64,000 nucleotides of DNA from a virus. The notes below the pieces were generated by a model. It searched no databases. It was not told where the DNA came from and saw only the letters and a list, made by a program, of their open reading frames with translations. Both the position numbers and the translations under genes were made by a program. Where the stretch lies: positions 9,561 through 73,560 of the IMG/VR virus record IMGVR_UViG_3300025870_000010; one strand, 5' to 3'. Each line of letters opens with the position of its first letter. Position 1 is the first letter of the stretch. Of the stretch, positions 19,809 through 29,311 are shown one piece after another.

Positions 19809-21488
19809 TTAAGCCCATCCACCATCAACTTTATCTTCTGCACCAAAAGTAAGGTACATTGTTTCTGGATGATGACCAGCTTCAACAATTTGGTATCTAG
19901 ACTTCATTTGCATTTTCGGAGCCATAGTTCCTTCTGCAATTGTTTCAACAGTATCAGCCATAACATAAGGCATGAATACAAGACCTGGTGTATTACCGTC
20001 TCCTTTTCTACCTAATGCAATTCTAACATCTTCCCAAGCCATGTTCGGGTCAACATAAATTGCAATACCAGCTAATGTTCCTAATGGATACAATGCTCCA
20101 GGAACTTGGTTGATAGTATTAGCGATTGGGTAAGGAACGAATCCAGCACAATCTTGGAATCCACTTGCAGCGTTTCCAGAACAAACTGCGAATGTAGCAG
20201 GTCCTCTTCTACCTCTTACAGAGATAATGTTAGAAGATGCAAGCATTCTAGACATTAAACGTCTTTGTCTTGTTCCTAAGTTTTCAGCACCAGTATTAGA
20301 TGCATCAACTCCAGTTACTTCAAGTGTACTTGCAAAATATTGCCAAGAACCTGTTAAAGCAAATCCAGCTGCAGCACCTGTTGTTTTATAAGTACCAACA
20401 GCACCACTATCTAAGATTAAGTGGTAGTTTTTACCAGAAACAGCTTCAATGTTTTCGTGATTTGTTTTTCCTAATTCGAAAATCTTACTAAGAATATCTT
20501 TATTGATAACTTGTGTCATTTCGTTTGCTAAGAATTGGTTTGCTTGTGCAACCGCATCAATACCGAATTGTTTTAAATCCATTAATTGTTCTCTTGTTAC
20601 TGCAGCAGCGGCTTGAACCGTTTTTGCTTCAATAGCTTTAGAGAATAATTGAAGGTTTCCAGTATTAGATTGAATAGCTTCACCTTGTTGTCTAGTCATT
20701 TTAGTAACTCCACCGAATTCAGAAACACCTTGATTAGTTGAGAAATCAACGATGTGGTCTTCTAAACCTTTAACTAATTCTGCTTTAGAAACAATATTAA
20801 CTGCTCCACCACCGAATGTTGCTACAATCGGAGCTGCAGCATTAGTTCCAGAAGGAATAAGAATTGCAATAGAGTTAGTTGATGTAGCGAATGTAGTAGG
20901 TACTTTAACAATTGTGTACCCATCAATTCTTGATTTTCCAAGAACCGTAAATACACCAGCATCACCAGCAATAGTAAACGTTGCACCGTCAACAACTAAT
21001 GCTGAAGCCGCAAAATTAAATTTAACGTAAATTGGAGAATTTGGTGTAACACCATTTGTTCCAGTAGCATATGGGTCAGCTATTGCAGCGTATCCATTCT
21101 TACCTCCACCGTAAACGAAATCCATATAAGATAACATTCCTACTGGTGAATTCATTGGAATAGTTGGAACTAATTCCAATCCAATAGTTTGTGCAGCAAC
21201 TTGAATCGCTAAAGGTAAAAGTGAATAAGGTACATCACCAGAACCTTTAGTTCCTCCTGTCCAACCGTTTCCAGTTGAAGCTGGTAATTGTACAGCTCCC
21301 ATACCATTTACAGAACCTGGTGTTGCGTAAAAGTTATTTTCATTTAATTCGCCACCAAGTCTTGCTTCGTAGTTTTCTTGTAATTGACAGATTGTAGCAA
21401 CTAATTCTTTTTTAGATTTGTCTACACCCGTTCCAATTGTTTGTTCGATAACTGGTGACCAGTTTTCTAATAATTGATGTTTGTTCAT
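19809..21488 (-). CDS. Major capsid protein (gp23-like)
   Basis: LLENWSPVI, PMNSPVG, IEAKT, EQLMDLKQFGIDA, EMTQVINKDI, GLVFMPYV and PKMQMKSRY. The start is 21488 or 21521. Confidence 0.93.
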   Translation of the reverse strand: MNKHQLLENWSPVIEQTIGTGVDKSKKELVATICQLQENYEARLGGELNENNFYATPGSVNGMGAVQLPASTGNGWTGGTKGSGDVPYSLLPLAIQVAAQTIGLELVPTIPMNSPVGMLSYMDFVYGGGKNGYAAIADPYATGTNGVTPNSPIYVKFNFAASALVVDGATFTIAGDAGVFTVLGKSRIDGYTIVKVPTTFATSTNSIAILIPSGTNAAAPIVATFGGGAVNIVSKAELVKGLEDHIVDFSTNQGVSEFGGVTKMTRQQGEAIQSNTGNLQLFSKAIEAKTVQAAAAVTREQLMDLKQFGIDAVAQANQFLANEMTQVINKDILSKIFELGKTNHENIEAVSGKNYHLILDSGAVGTYKTTGAAAGFALTGSWQYFASTLEVTGVDASNTGAENLGTRQRRLMSRMLASSNIISVRGRRGPATFAVCSGNAASGFQDCAGFVPYPIANTINQVPGALYPLGTLAGIAIYVDPNMAWEDVRIALGRKGDGNTPGLVFMPYVMADTVETIAEGTMAPKMQMKSRYQIVEAGHHPETMYLTFGAEDKVDGGWA

Positions 21489-21525
21489 TTTAACAACATT
21501 TTTTTTGTTTTTAAATTCCAATATT

Positions 21526-23169
21526 TTAAATCATTTTAAATCCTCTTAACTTAGCAAGTCTTGCTTCCGTAAGTTGACTTTGAGATGGTTTTTGAATATT
21601 TTCCTTTTTTTCCTCTTTAATCAAATTTTCTTTTGTGAACTCATTGTTCCAAAATGACTTGATTGCCGATTCATTAACGAAATTGAAAAGTGAAGCTCTT
21701 TTTTTAATTCTTAACTTTTCGCCTTCTTGTAAATCATTCCAAGTTTCTTTATACTTTGTAGGTATAAGTTGCATCCATAATGGAGACTCTTCTTTACCTT
21801 CGTTTAAATCAACATTTTGTGATTCGTTTAGAGATTTGTTGTCAGTTGCTCTTTGCTCCTTAGCTTCTAAGATATTCTCTAGCTTATTATATATACTCGT
21901 TTTAAAATCTTCGATTTTTGATTCGTTGATTTTTTGTTTATTAACATTTAATCCTTTTGTATCAGAATTTTCTAACATCGATACAGATTCTGTAACGTGG
22001 TCGGTCCAATTTTCAATTGCACTAACTGATTCAGTTACATGATTAGACCAAGATTCTACACCAGAAACAGTATCCGTTGCGTGGTCAGACCAATCTTCTA
22101 ATGCACTTACAGTTTCCGTAACGTGTCCAGACCATTTTTCAACACCACTAATTGTATCAGTTGCGTGGTCAGACCATTCTTCTATTGCACTAACAGTTTC
22201 TGTTACGTGTTCAGTCCATTTAACCATTGATTCAAATTTAGCTTCTAAATCATTGTATTTTTCCTGTAAAGATTTGTTTTCTGAATTTCCATTAGATTCA
22301 TTAACAGAATCAAATTCTTCTTTAACATGGTCAGCCCAATTTTCTATTGCTGATAATTTTTCGTTTACTGATTCAAATTTTTGTTTGAATTCAGCATTAC
22401 TGTACTCTTCTACGATGCCATCGTTTTGTTCAATAATACTTTCTTGAATTTCTTTCATGTCAGCAATTTCGGATTTAACCCCTTCTATCGCTTCTTTTGT
22501 AAAATCTGTGTATTTGTTGAACTCGCTTTCTTTGATAAAATCCATTGTTTCTACTTGATTATTTTTAGTATTTAACTCTTTAATATCTTGCTTTATTTGT
22601 TTGCCTGTTTCATAGATTGCAAAATCACTAAATACGTCTAATTCTGTATTTTCGTTTAGCATTCCAAAAGATTCATTTACACTACTCAATCTTGCATTTG
22701 CAAAACCTGGCGTATCAACTAAATCGTATGTAAATAATTTGTGAATCTTTACAGATTTATTTTCAGTAACAGTACCAGCAGCTCTTGATGATATGTGTAA
22801 AGGAATTCCAGCATCAACAATTGCCTTTGCTTGTTTACCAGCATCGGTGTCCAATAATTTGATTTTTCCCATTACTCTATTGTTTTCTTCATCCATCCAA
22901 ATTTCTTCAATTTTATGAGACACATTTCTCAATGTAGTTTCAAATTGTTTTGGATGGTCTAATTCACCAACAGCCGTTCCACTTTCTACAACTTTTTTAA
23001 GTGCATTAAAATGTGGTTGGAATTCTTTTCTAGTATAAACTCTACCATTTCTATTTTCAGAATCGAATTCTGTAAATACGCCTTCTAAAACATATTTATC
23101 GGAACCTTCTGCATTAGGAATAGGTTTTACTGAAAATTTTGATTTTTCTATTAATAAGTAATCTTTCAT
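21526..23169 (-). CDS. Prohead protease (gp21-like) fused to a scaffold (gp22-like) coiled coil
   Basis: LEGVF, NRNGRVY, GELDHP, VSHKI, ISSRAAG and YDLVDTPGF, followed by ~380 aa of acidic coiled coil with many xNE sites. Confidence 0.9.
   Translation of the reverse strand: MKDYLLIEKSKFSVKPIPNAEGSDKYVLEGVFTEFDSENRNGRVYTRKEFQPHFNALKKVVESGTAVGELDHPKQFETTLRNVSHKIEEIWMDEENNRVMGKIKLLDTDAGKQAKAIVDAGIPLHISSRAAGTVTENKSVKIHKLFTYDLVDTPGFANARLSSVNESFGMLNENTELDVFSDFAIYETGKQIKQDIKELNTKNNQVETMDFIKESEFNKYTDFTKEAIEGVKSEIADMKEIQESIIEQNDGIVEEYSNAEFKQKFESVNEKLSAIENWADHVKEEFDSVNESNGNSENKSLQEKYNDLEAKFESMVKWTEHVTETVSAIEEWSDHATDTISGVEKWSGHVTETVSALEDWSDHATDTVSGVESWSNHVTESVSAIENWTDHVTESVSMLENSDTKGLNVNKQKINESKIEDFKTSIYNKLENILEAKEQRATDNKSLNESQNVDLNEGKEESPLWMQLIPTKYKETWNDLQEGEKLRIKKRASLFNFVNESAIKSFWNNEFTKENLIKEEKKENIQKPSQSQLTEARLAKLRGFKMI
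21980..22230 (-). repeat. 14-aa (42-nt) tandem repeat, six copies, in the scaffold domain
   Basis: SAIEEWSDHATDTI / SGVEKWSGHVTETV / SALEDWSDHATDTV / SGVESWSNHVTESV / SAIENWTDHVTESV, plus a degenerate first unit. Confidence 0.85.
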
Positions 23170-23227
23170 TTTCTTGAATTAATTTTGTTATAATTTATAT
23201 TATTTAATCAAATTTATTTTTAACTTT

Positions 23228-24844
23228 CTAAATATCCATTTCTTCGGCATCTTCTTGCCCTTGTTCCATTTCCTTATCTTCTTTAGCTTTTAACTTTCTA
23301 TTAAGTTTCAAGTCAGATTCGGATAATGTTGTAAGAAATTTTCTAACTAAAAATTCAGAACTAAAAAATCGTACTTCATTCCCTTCAGCATCAAAATCAA
23401 TTAATGAATCTTTTGCTGTACTAATTAAATCTAATTCACTTTGTAGTAATTCAGTTTCTTTTAATTTTTCAAATATATCATATCTTGCCCAAGATAAATT
23501 TACTTTTGATTCGAATAGTGGGTCATCGGCCAATTCTTTAATATCTCTTTTAGTTTGTAAAACTACCGGTCTGATAAGTATTTCTTGTATTTTACCTCTT
23601 AATCTATCAACAAATCTACTGAAATATATTTCTTCTCTAGTATATCCTTCTGCCGATGATTCGAATGTAGGTGATTCATCTTTTATAAATCGGTTTCTAG
23701 GAACTTTTGAAACTGAGATTAATTTATCAACGAAATATTTCAAAGATTCGGTATCTGATAAATCAGGACCATCATTTCCTATGTTTTCAATTTGAGGCGT
23801 TCCTTGATCTCCTTCTGGAATCCAATATTCTTTTGAAAACGGCATCATTGATTTACCGTTTATTTTTAATTCTCCTGATTCATTATCAAAATCTACATTT
23901 TCTCTATATGATTGCATCAAAGAACCAAGAGTTTGTTTTGCCATTTGTTTAGATTTACCACCAACCGGTATAACAAACTTAGTTTTGTATGATGAATTTA
24001 CAACTGCCCAGATAATTCTAGACTGTTCCATAATTCTTAATAGATTAAAAGAACGTATCAATCTTTCCGTATAAGAAACTCTATTTTCATTATTAATTGC
24101 TGAGTAAGATAAAAATATAACTTGTGCATCAGACAATTCTCTTTTCTTTACAGCATCTAGTGGATATTGTACCCAACCTCTAGTACCATCTTCATAAATT
24201 TTAGGCGTTAATGATATTGGGTCTAATTCTTTAAATCCTATAATATTAGTATTTGAATTATCCCAAATAATTTCGTATGCTAGGTATCCATCAATTAAAA
24301 ATTTCTTAACAAAGTGCCAAGCCGTATTTTCATTCTTGAATCCAAATAGATTATAAATTTTCTTGAAATTATCATTTAGGTTTTCTTTTATGATTTCAGA
24401 AAATTCTTCCTTCATATTTGGGTCCGATTCAAAATCAACTTGTGCAAAGTACCTATCCGTATTATAAACAACAATTTCATCTGTTAAGGTATCAAGAACC
24501 ATTTCGATTTCATCTTGCATTGCATACCTTCTAAGTTGTTCTATTTTTCCTGGATAAGATTGGTCAAAAAATGGAATATTCTTTTTAGAATATACGTCAG
24601 AATACGAAAAATCATACAACTGATCCATGTTACTGTCATTTTGACCATATCGTAACATATTATTGTTGTCTTGCCAACCGATTTCGTTTTCAATAGAACC
24701 TATTGCTTCGGAATTAGATATAACACTATCTTTAAAATCATATCCCCTTCCTGATAGTTTTCTAAGGGTTGTATTTCTAAATGTTTTGTTATTAACATTT
24801 GGATTGGTGCTGTTTACTCCGTTTCTATTAAATATAGATGCCAT
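23228..24844 (-). CDS. Portal protein (gp20-like)
   Basis: LRRYAMQDEI, FLIDG, ELDP, NLLRIMEQSRIIW, EYWIP..GTPQI, YFVDKL..SKVPRNR and TREEIYFSRFVDRLR. Confidence 0.93.
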   Translation of the reverse strand: MASIFNRNGVNSTNPNVNNKTFRNTTLRKLSGRGYDFKDSVISNSEAIGSIENEIGWQDNNNMLRYGQNDSNMDQLYDFSYSDVYSKKNIPFFDQSYPGKIEQLRRYAMQDEIEMVLDTLTDEIVVYNTDRYFAQVDFESDPNMKEEFSEIIKENLNDNFKKIYNLFGFKNENTAWHFVKKFLIDGYLAYEIIWDNSNTNIIGFKELDPISLTPKIYEDGTRGWVQYPLDAVKKRELSDAQVIFLSYSAINNENRVSYTERLIRSFNLLRIMEQSRIIWAVVNSSYKTKFVIPVGGKSKQMAKQTLGSLMQSYRENVDFDNESGELKINGKSMMPFSKEYWIPEGDQGTPQIENIGNDGPDLSDTESLKYFVDKLISVSKVPRNRFIKDESPTFESSAEGYTREEIYFSRFVDRLRGKIQEILIRPVVLQTKRDIKELADDPLFESKVNLSWARYDIFEKLKETELLQSELDLISTAKDSLIDFDAEGNEVRFFSSEFLVRKFLTTLSESDLKLNRKLKAKEDKEMEQGQEDAEEMDI

Positions 24845-24871
24845 ATCGTTTTCTTTTGTTATATTATTTAA

Positions 24872-25480
24872 TTACTTAGAATTCTTTGATTTTATATATT
24901 CTTTAATCATTTCGTTATAGGATATACCTTCAAACTTTTCAATGGATAGGAATGCACAATCTACCCAACTATTGTAATTTATACAATATACTTTAGATTT
25001 TCTACTAGGAATATAAGTTCTTAATGCAAATTCGAATCCATATTTAGAAAGTAAAGCCTTTACTGCGGCATACCTATACATAATTTGTGGTTGCTTTAAT
25101 GCATTGTTTGATGCCCTACCATCTTTTTGTCTTTGAAAAAAACCACTATATGTTCTTTGTATCGTTTCTAAAATATACCATTTGTAAGGTGCAGGAATAA
25201 AATTTAAATTTAAACCTAGTTCATATCTCATTTTTTTCTTTTGTATAATACCTAAACTAAGAACTAACGGACTTTTATCGTAATAATCTAAGGTCTTTTT
25301 TCCTTTAGGATTATATTTAAATTGATTTATTTTACCAACTTGCATCATTTGATTTTCACAAAAAACTACAGTTGGGTCCATCGGATTGTTTTTTGCTTTT
25401 TTAAACCAATCGTCTGCATCGTCTTGTGCAACCTTTAATCCCTTTTTTGCTTTTATGCTAGTTATATCTTTTATTATCAT
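24872..25480 (-). CDS. DNA end protector (gp2-like)
   Basis: FKYNPKGKKTLDYYDKSPLV, GLNLNFIP and LRTY. Confidence 0.8.
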   Translation of the reverse strand: MIIKDITSIKAKKGLKVAQDDADDWFKKAKNNPMDPTVVFCENQMMQVGKINQFKYNPKGKKTLDYYDKSPLVLSLGIIQKKKMRYELGLNLNFIPAPYKWYILETIQRTYSGFFQRQKDGRASNNALKQPQIMYRYAAVKALLSKYGFEFALRTYIPSRKSKVYCINYNSWVDCAFLSIEKFEGISYNEMIKEYIKSKNSK

Positions 25481-25953
25481 TTATTCTTAAACCAATTTTC
25501 GTCAGCAACAAAAAATACCCAATCTTTTGTTTTACAAAAAGCAATTGCTGATTTGAACTTTGACTTATTTACTAAGTAGTGTTTCATCAGGTATTCGTAA
25601 CTAGTCAATGCTTTCTTTGTTTTTCGTTTAGGTTTTGCCGGTGGTTGTTTATATTCTTGAGCTGGCTTAACTTCTACTAACCAGGTTTTACCGGTAGATA
25701 ATTTTACTAAAAAGTCTGGATAGTAGTTCTTTATTCTATTTTCAATAGGACAATGATATTTTATTGCAACCGATTCAGATGCCCATTTTTCAACTTGTGG
25801 ACTTCTTTCACACCAAATGCAAAATCTTTGTTCCCAAGATGAACGATAAATAACTTTTTTAACAGCACCAATATACTTAACAGATTCAGATATGTTAAAA
25901 TATCCTTGCTTTGTTCGTGCATTTTTAGTAGGTTTCAAGTTCTTGATGCTCAT
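25477..25953 (-). CDS. Head completion nuclease (gp4/TnsA-like)
   Basis: QGYF, KYIG, YRSSWE, WASE, YYPDF and EVKP. The start is MSIKNL at 25953, downstream of the late motif at 25959-25967. Confidence 0.88.
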   Translation of the reverse strand: MSIKNLKPTKNARTKQGYFNISESVKYIGAVKKVIYRSSWEQRFCIWCERSPQVEKWASESVAIKYHCPIENRIKNYYPDFLVKLSTGKTWLVEVKPAQEYKQPPAKPKRKTKKALTSYEYLMKHYLVNKSKFKSAIAFCKTKDWVFFVADENWFKNK

Positions 25954-25972
25954 ATAGTTATTTAATAGACAC

Positions 25973-26006
25973 AAAAAACCACTATTAAATTAATAATAGT
26001 GGTTTT
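25973..26006 (-). terminator. Intrinsic terminator downstream of the gp55-like gene
   Basis: AAAACCACTATTA/TAATAGTGGTTTT stem. Confidence 0.75.
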
Positions 26007-26059
26007 AATTATAAGGTTCAGGACTTATAAAGGTTAATTATAAGGTTCAGGACTTATAA
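26005..26059. repeat. Two 26-bp direct repeats, each containing a TTATAAG-N8-CTTATAA inverted repeat
   Basis: ttaattataaggttcaggacttataa at 26005-26030 and 26034-26059. Confidence 0.9.
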
Positions 26060-26806
26060 TGAATGCATTCCATCACCATCAGTATTGTATCCAGAATCTA
26101 TACTAAGTAACAATCCTTTTGATTTTTTAGGATATAATCTTTTCCATCCTTTTGCATATCCGTTTATACAAGATGAAGTAAAAAATGAGAATGGATTTGG
26201 GTCTTTAATTATTATTTGTTCTTTGTCAAAAATAGCAACATCTCTTTGATTCTTTTTAACGATGAAATCTAATTTAATTCTATTGTAATTCGATGCATCT
26301 AAAAAGTATTCTTGTGTTTCTAGTTTTCCTTCATAAAAATGATTTAACATTTCATCTTTAGTTGATTTTCTTAGAACTCTTAATTGTTTAGTTTCCGATA
26401 GGTATTCAAGGTCAATCAATTTCATTTTCTTGGATTTTAAATCCTGTTCTACTTCTGCAATCAATAAGTCAATCGGATAGTTTTCTACTACGGTTGCAGC
26501 TGCAGTTCTAGGAGAACCTTTTTCTGGATTAACTCGTATTTCATCACCCTTTTTTAAATCAGCATATCCGTGAAAACGAGCAAAGTCCGGATCAAATTTT
26601 CTCCAGTTTTTAGCAAGGTCAAAATAAGCTTCTGATAAGGCATGTTGCTTATCATCCTCACATTTGTAATAAAGTTTTCTAATTGTTTTTTGGGCAAGTA
26701 ACATCAACATTTTAGTACACCTACTAGTCAATTCATCCTGTTCTCTAGATTTGTAAATTTCTTCTAATAAGTCTTTCTTATTTAGGTAATTTTTACTTTT
26801 TGCCAT
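26054..26806 (-). CDS. Late-transcription sigma factor (gp55-like) with an internal insertion
   Basis: NYLNKKDLL, WRKFDP and NPFSFFT...NGY match gp55 motifs (HYVNN.EF, NFDP, NPFAYFT). Confidence 0.75.
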   Translation of the reverse strand: MAKSKNYLNKKDLLEEIYKSREQDELTSRCTKMLMLLAQKTIRKLYYKCEDDKQHALSEAYFDLAKNWRKFDPDFARFHGYADLKKGDEIRVNPEKGSPRTAAATVVENYPIDLLIAEVEQDLKSKKMKLIDLEYLSETKQLRVLRKSTKDEMLNHFYEGKLETQEYFLDASNYNRIKLDFIVKKNQRDVAIFDKEQIIIKDPNPFSFFTSSCINGYAKGWKRLYPKKSKGLLLSIDSGYNTDGDGMHSL

Positions 26807-26880
26807 ATCTATAATTTTAAAAAAGGGAAACTGAATGTTTCCCTTATTAGTTAAATGTATTTTTTATACAATTTATTTTA

Positions 26881-28449
26881 TTATTTGAATAATGCGTAGA
26901 TGGCAGGTCCTGGAATAAAGTCAGGTAACATATTATCTAATTCTTCAGCAGAAATCAATTTCATTTTTTCTACCTTTTTGATGATATCAGGACTAAACAA
27001 ACCTTGTCCTTTCTTTTCGGCAGCATTAGCTTTTTCCATTCTTGATGCGATATAGTTTCCTATTTTAGATTCCTTATGTTCATTTACTAATTGACCTAAT
27101 TCTTCGTTCAACATTTCAAATGATTTGTCTAACTCTTCACCCTCATCAAGTTTTTCAACTAAGGCTTTTTTAGTTTCAACTAAGAATGTAACTTCATCAC
27201 TTTTCAAGATGTTTTCCATTTCTTGTAACTTAATGAATTCTTTTTCAACATTTGCTCTGTTTTCAACATTCAATTCATTGTACTTAGTAACTGCTTCATC
27301 TATTTTAGAATAAATTTCATCAGTCTTAGTCATATCAACTACTCTTGAAATATCAAGGTTTTCAACTAAACTTTTAAATTCTAAAGAATCAACATTGATA
27401 TGTAAACCTTCAAGAATGTTATTGAAATCTAAGTCATATTTCTTATTCAAAGATTCTGACAATTCTTGAACATCTTCGATATCTAAAGATTCTAAAACAA
27501 ATCCTCTTGTTTTCTTATCGAATTTAGAAATTGAAACTTCGTTGTTTGACATTTTGAATATTTCAAAGTTTTCATTTACAGTTTCTACACTTTTAACAAA
27601 ATCTAATTCTACAAATGTATTTGCATTTTCGAACATAAATTCTACGATAGACCTTGTTTTAGTATCTGTGTAATTGATGAATCCTGAATTTTTCAATACT
27701 CTAGTCAATTGTTGTTTGTTTTCTATTTTACTTTCGTTGATAGTAATTTCGTTTCCTTTTTCACTTGCAACTATTTGAATGTTTGCATTTTTTATGTTTG
27801 CTTCAAAAACATTATTACCTTTATAATTAAAGACCGTTAAAGCTCTTTGAGCAGCTGCAAATTCACTTGATACTTTACCGTTGAATCTTTCAACTTTAGT
27901 AATATCACTTGTTACAATATGATTTCCACTGTTAGATGAAAAAACAAATCCTTCTTCAACTTGCATAATAGGGGAAATTATAGAACTTCCGATAGATGCT
28001 TTTTCATTTTTTTGTACACCAAATTCTGCACTTTCAAAAGATTCAACCATTCTTCTAACGTTTGGTTCATATTTGAACTTTGCTAATGAAGAGATACTTC
28101 CTTTAATTTCTGATTCTTCTAGTACAACCATTTCTTTTATAGATTCTACAATAGGTGTATAAGTTGATACACCATCTAATTTGTTCATTATTCTTTCTAG
28201 TTCTAAACCGTATGTATTTTCATTTAAAAATGTTTCTACATCTTCTAAGAAATTTTCAACAACAGAAACCCAGTCATATTGCTTTAATTGTTCTAGGTAC
28301 AATTCAAATTTATTATTAGTAAAACCACTCTTTAAATCGTGAATTGCTTTGTTGCAAATACTTTGAGACTCCTCGTGCTCATTAAGACCGTTTGCTAAGT
28401 CAGCAAGTCTTTTGTATAATCCGAATTTTTCAATAACGTTAATTCTCAT
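26881..28449 (-). CDS. Putative virion/prohead core protein
   Basis: Acidic 522-aa protein with many [LIV]xE sites and a late motif at 28487-28495. Confidence 0.55.
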   Translation of the reverse strand: MRINVIEKFGLYKRLADLANGLNEHEESQSICNKAIHDLKSGFTNNKFELYLEQLKQYDWVSVVENFLEDVETFLNENTYGLELERIMNKLDGVSTYTPIVESIKEMVVLEESEIKGSISSLAKFKYEPNVRRMVESFESAEFGVQKNEKASIGSSIISPIMQVEEGFVFSSNSGNHIVTSDITKVERFNGKVSSEFAAAQRALTVFNYKGNNVFEANIKNANIQIVASEKGNEITINESKIENKQQLTRVLKNSGFINYTDTKTRSIVEFMFENANTFVELDFVKSVETVNENFEIFKMSNNEVSISKFDKKTRGFVLESLDIEDVQELSESLNKKYDLDFNNILEGLHINVDSLEFKSLVENLDISRVVDMTKTDEIYSKIDEAVTKYNELNVENRANVEKEFIKLQEMENILKSDEVTFLVETKKALVEKLDEGEELDKSFEMLNEELGQLVNEHKESKIGNYIASRMEKANAAEKKGQGLFSPDIIKKVEKMKLISAEELDNMLPDFIPGPAIYALFK

Positions 28450-28502
28450 TTTATTGTTCTTTATTTTTATTATTTACTTATTTACTTATTTAATCACATA
28501 CT

Positions 28503-29300
28503 TTATGGGATATTTGGACTATTATTATTTCCAGTCGGCCATATGTCCCTTTCTACTTCAATTTTGCGTCCAGCAGAATCTGTATTGTCTTTCTTATCAG
28601 ATACTATGTAGATATTATTTAAAATGTTTTCCATTCTATCTCCAGCAAATAGTTCAGTATCAGTCTTGAATATAGGATAACTAGCCTGAACTTCTATCGG
28701 AAACGTTATTTGAATTTCTTTTTTATCTGATAATCCAAATTGTACCATCCTTTCTTTATTTATATCAGATGGGATTGCAAAATAACAAGGAACTTTAACA
28801 CTAAACACATCAACGTAATAATAAACGTTTTTATACATGTTTGAAAATATACCATTTATACATTTAAATATATCAACTATTGAATCTACGAATATAGTAA
28901 CTTCGAAATCCATTTTGAAAGGAGCTTCCATAAATTCAGAGTTAAATTGTTTAACCTCTCCGTCATCTGTTTGTTTAAGGAAGTTTGCTCTTTTAAATTT
29001 ATTAGTTAAATATTCTTCTTGTAAGGTTATTCCTGTTAAATTCATTACAGCTCTAGGAAATTTTTCATACAATCCGGTTGCTTTACCATCTTTTTTTAAT
29101 TCATCCGAATTTAAAAATATATCACTTAAAAATCTTTCAGAACCGGCAATCGTAAAATATGCGGGCACATCTACTTTTGTTTTTTTATTGTCAACAACAT
29201 TGTTCCAAAATATTCTATCATCCAACGCGTGTAGAGTACCTACGATTATGTTCCTAAATAATACATCGTCTTTATTTTGATAGTTATTGTAAGTTTCCAT
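28503..29300 (-). CDS. Tail terminator / sheath stabiliser (gp15-like)
   Basis: FRNIIVG, VPAYF, ERFL, FPRAVMNLTGI and PFKMDFEVTI. Confidence 0.72.
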   Translation of the reverse strand: METYNNYQNKDDVLFRNIIVGTLHALDDRIFWNNVVDNKKTKVDVPAYFTIAGSERFLSDIFLNSDELKKDGKATGLYEKFPRAVMNLTGITLQEEYLTNKFKRANFLKQTDDGEVKQFNSEFMEAPFKMDFEVTIFVDSIVDIFKCINGIFSNMYKNVYYYVDVFSVKVPCYFAIPSDINKERMVQFGLSDKKEIQITFPIEVQASYPIFKTDTELFAGDRMENILNNIYIVSDKKDNTDSAGRKIEVERDIWPTGNNNSPNIP

Positions 29301-29311
29301 AGTCTATTTAA

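Noticed and set aside
21980-22230. CRISPR-like or non-coding repeat array
   Set aside because: The repeats are degenerate at synonymous positions and in frame within the scaffold, so they are protein repeats.
25477-25953. TnsA transposase indicating a Tn7-like element
   Set aside because: Its position beside the gp2-like and portal genes identifies it as the gp4-like head completion nuclease. No other transposition genes or ends are present.
26005-26059. Mini CRISPR array
   Set aside because: Only two repeats separated by 3 bp, so there is no spacer, and no cas genes are present in the window.
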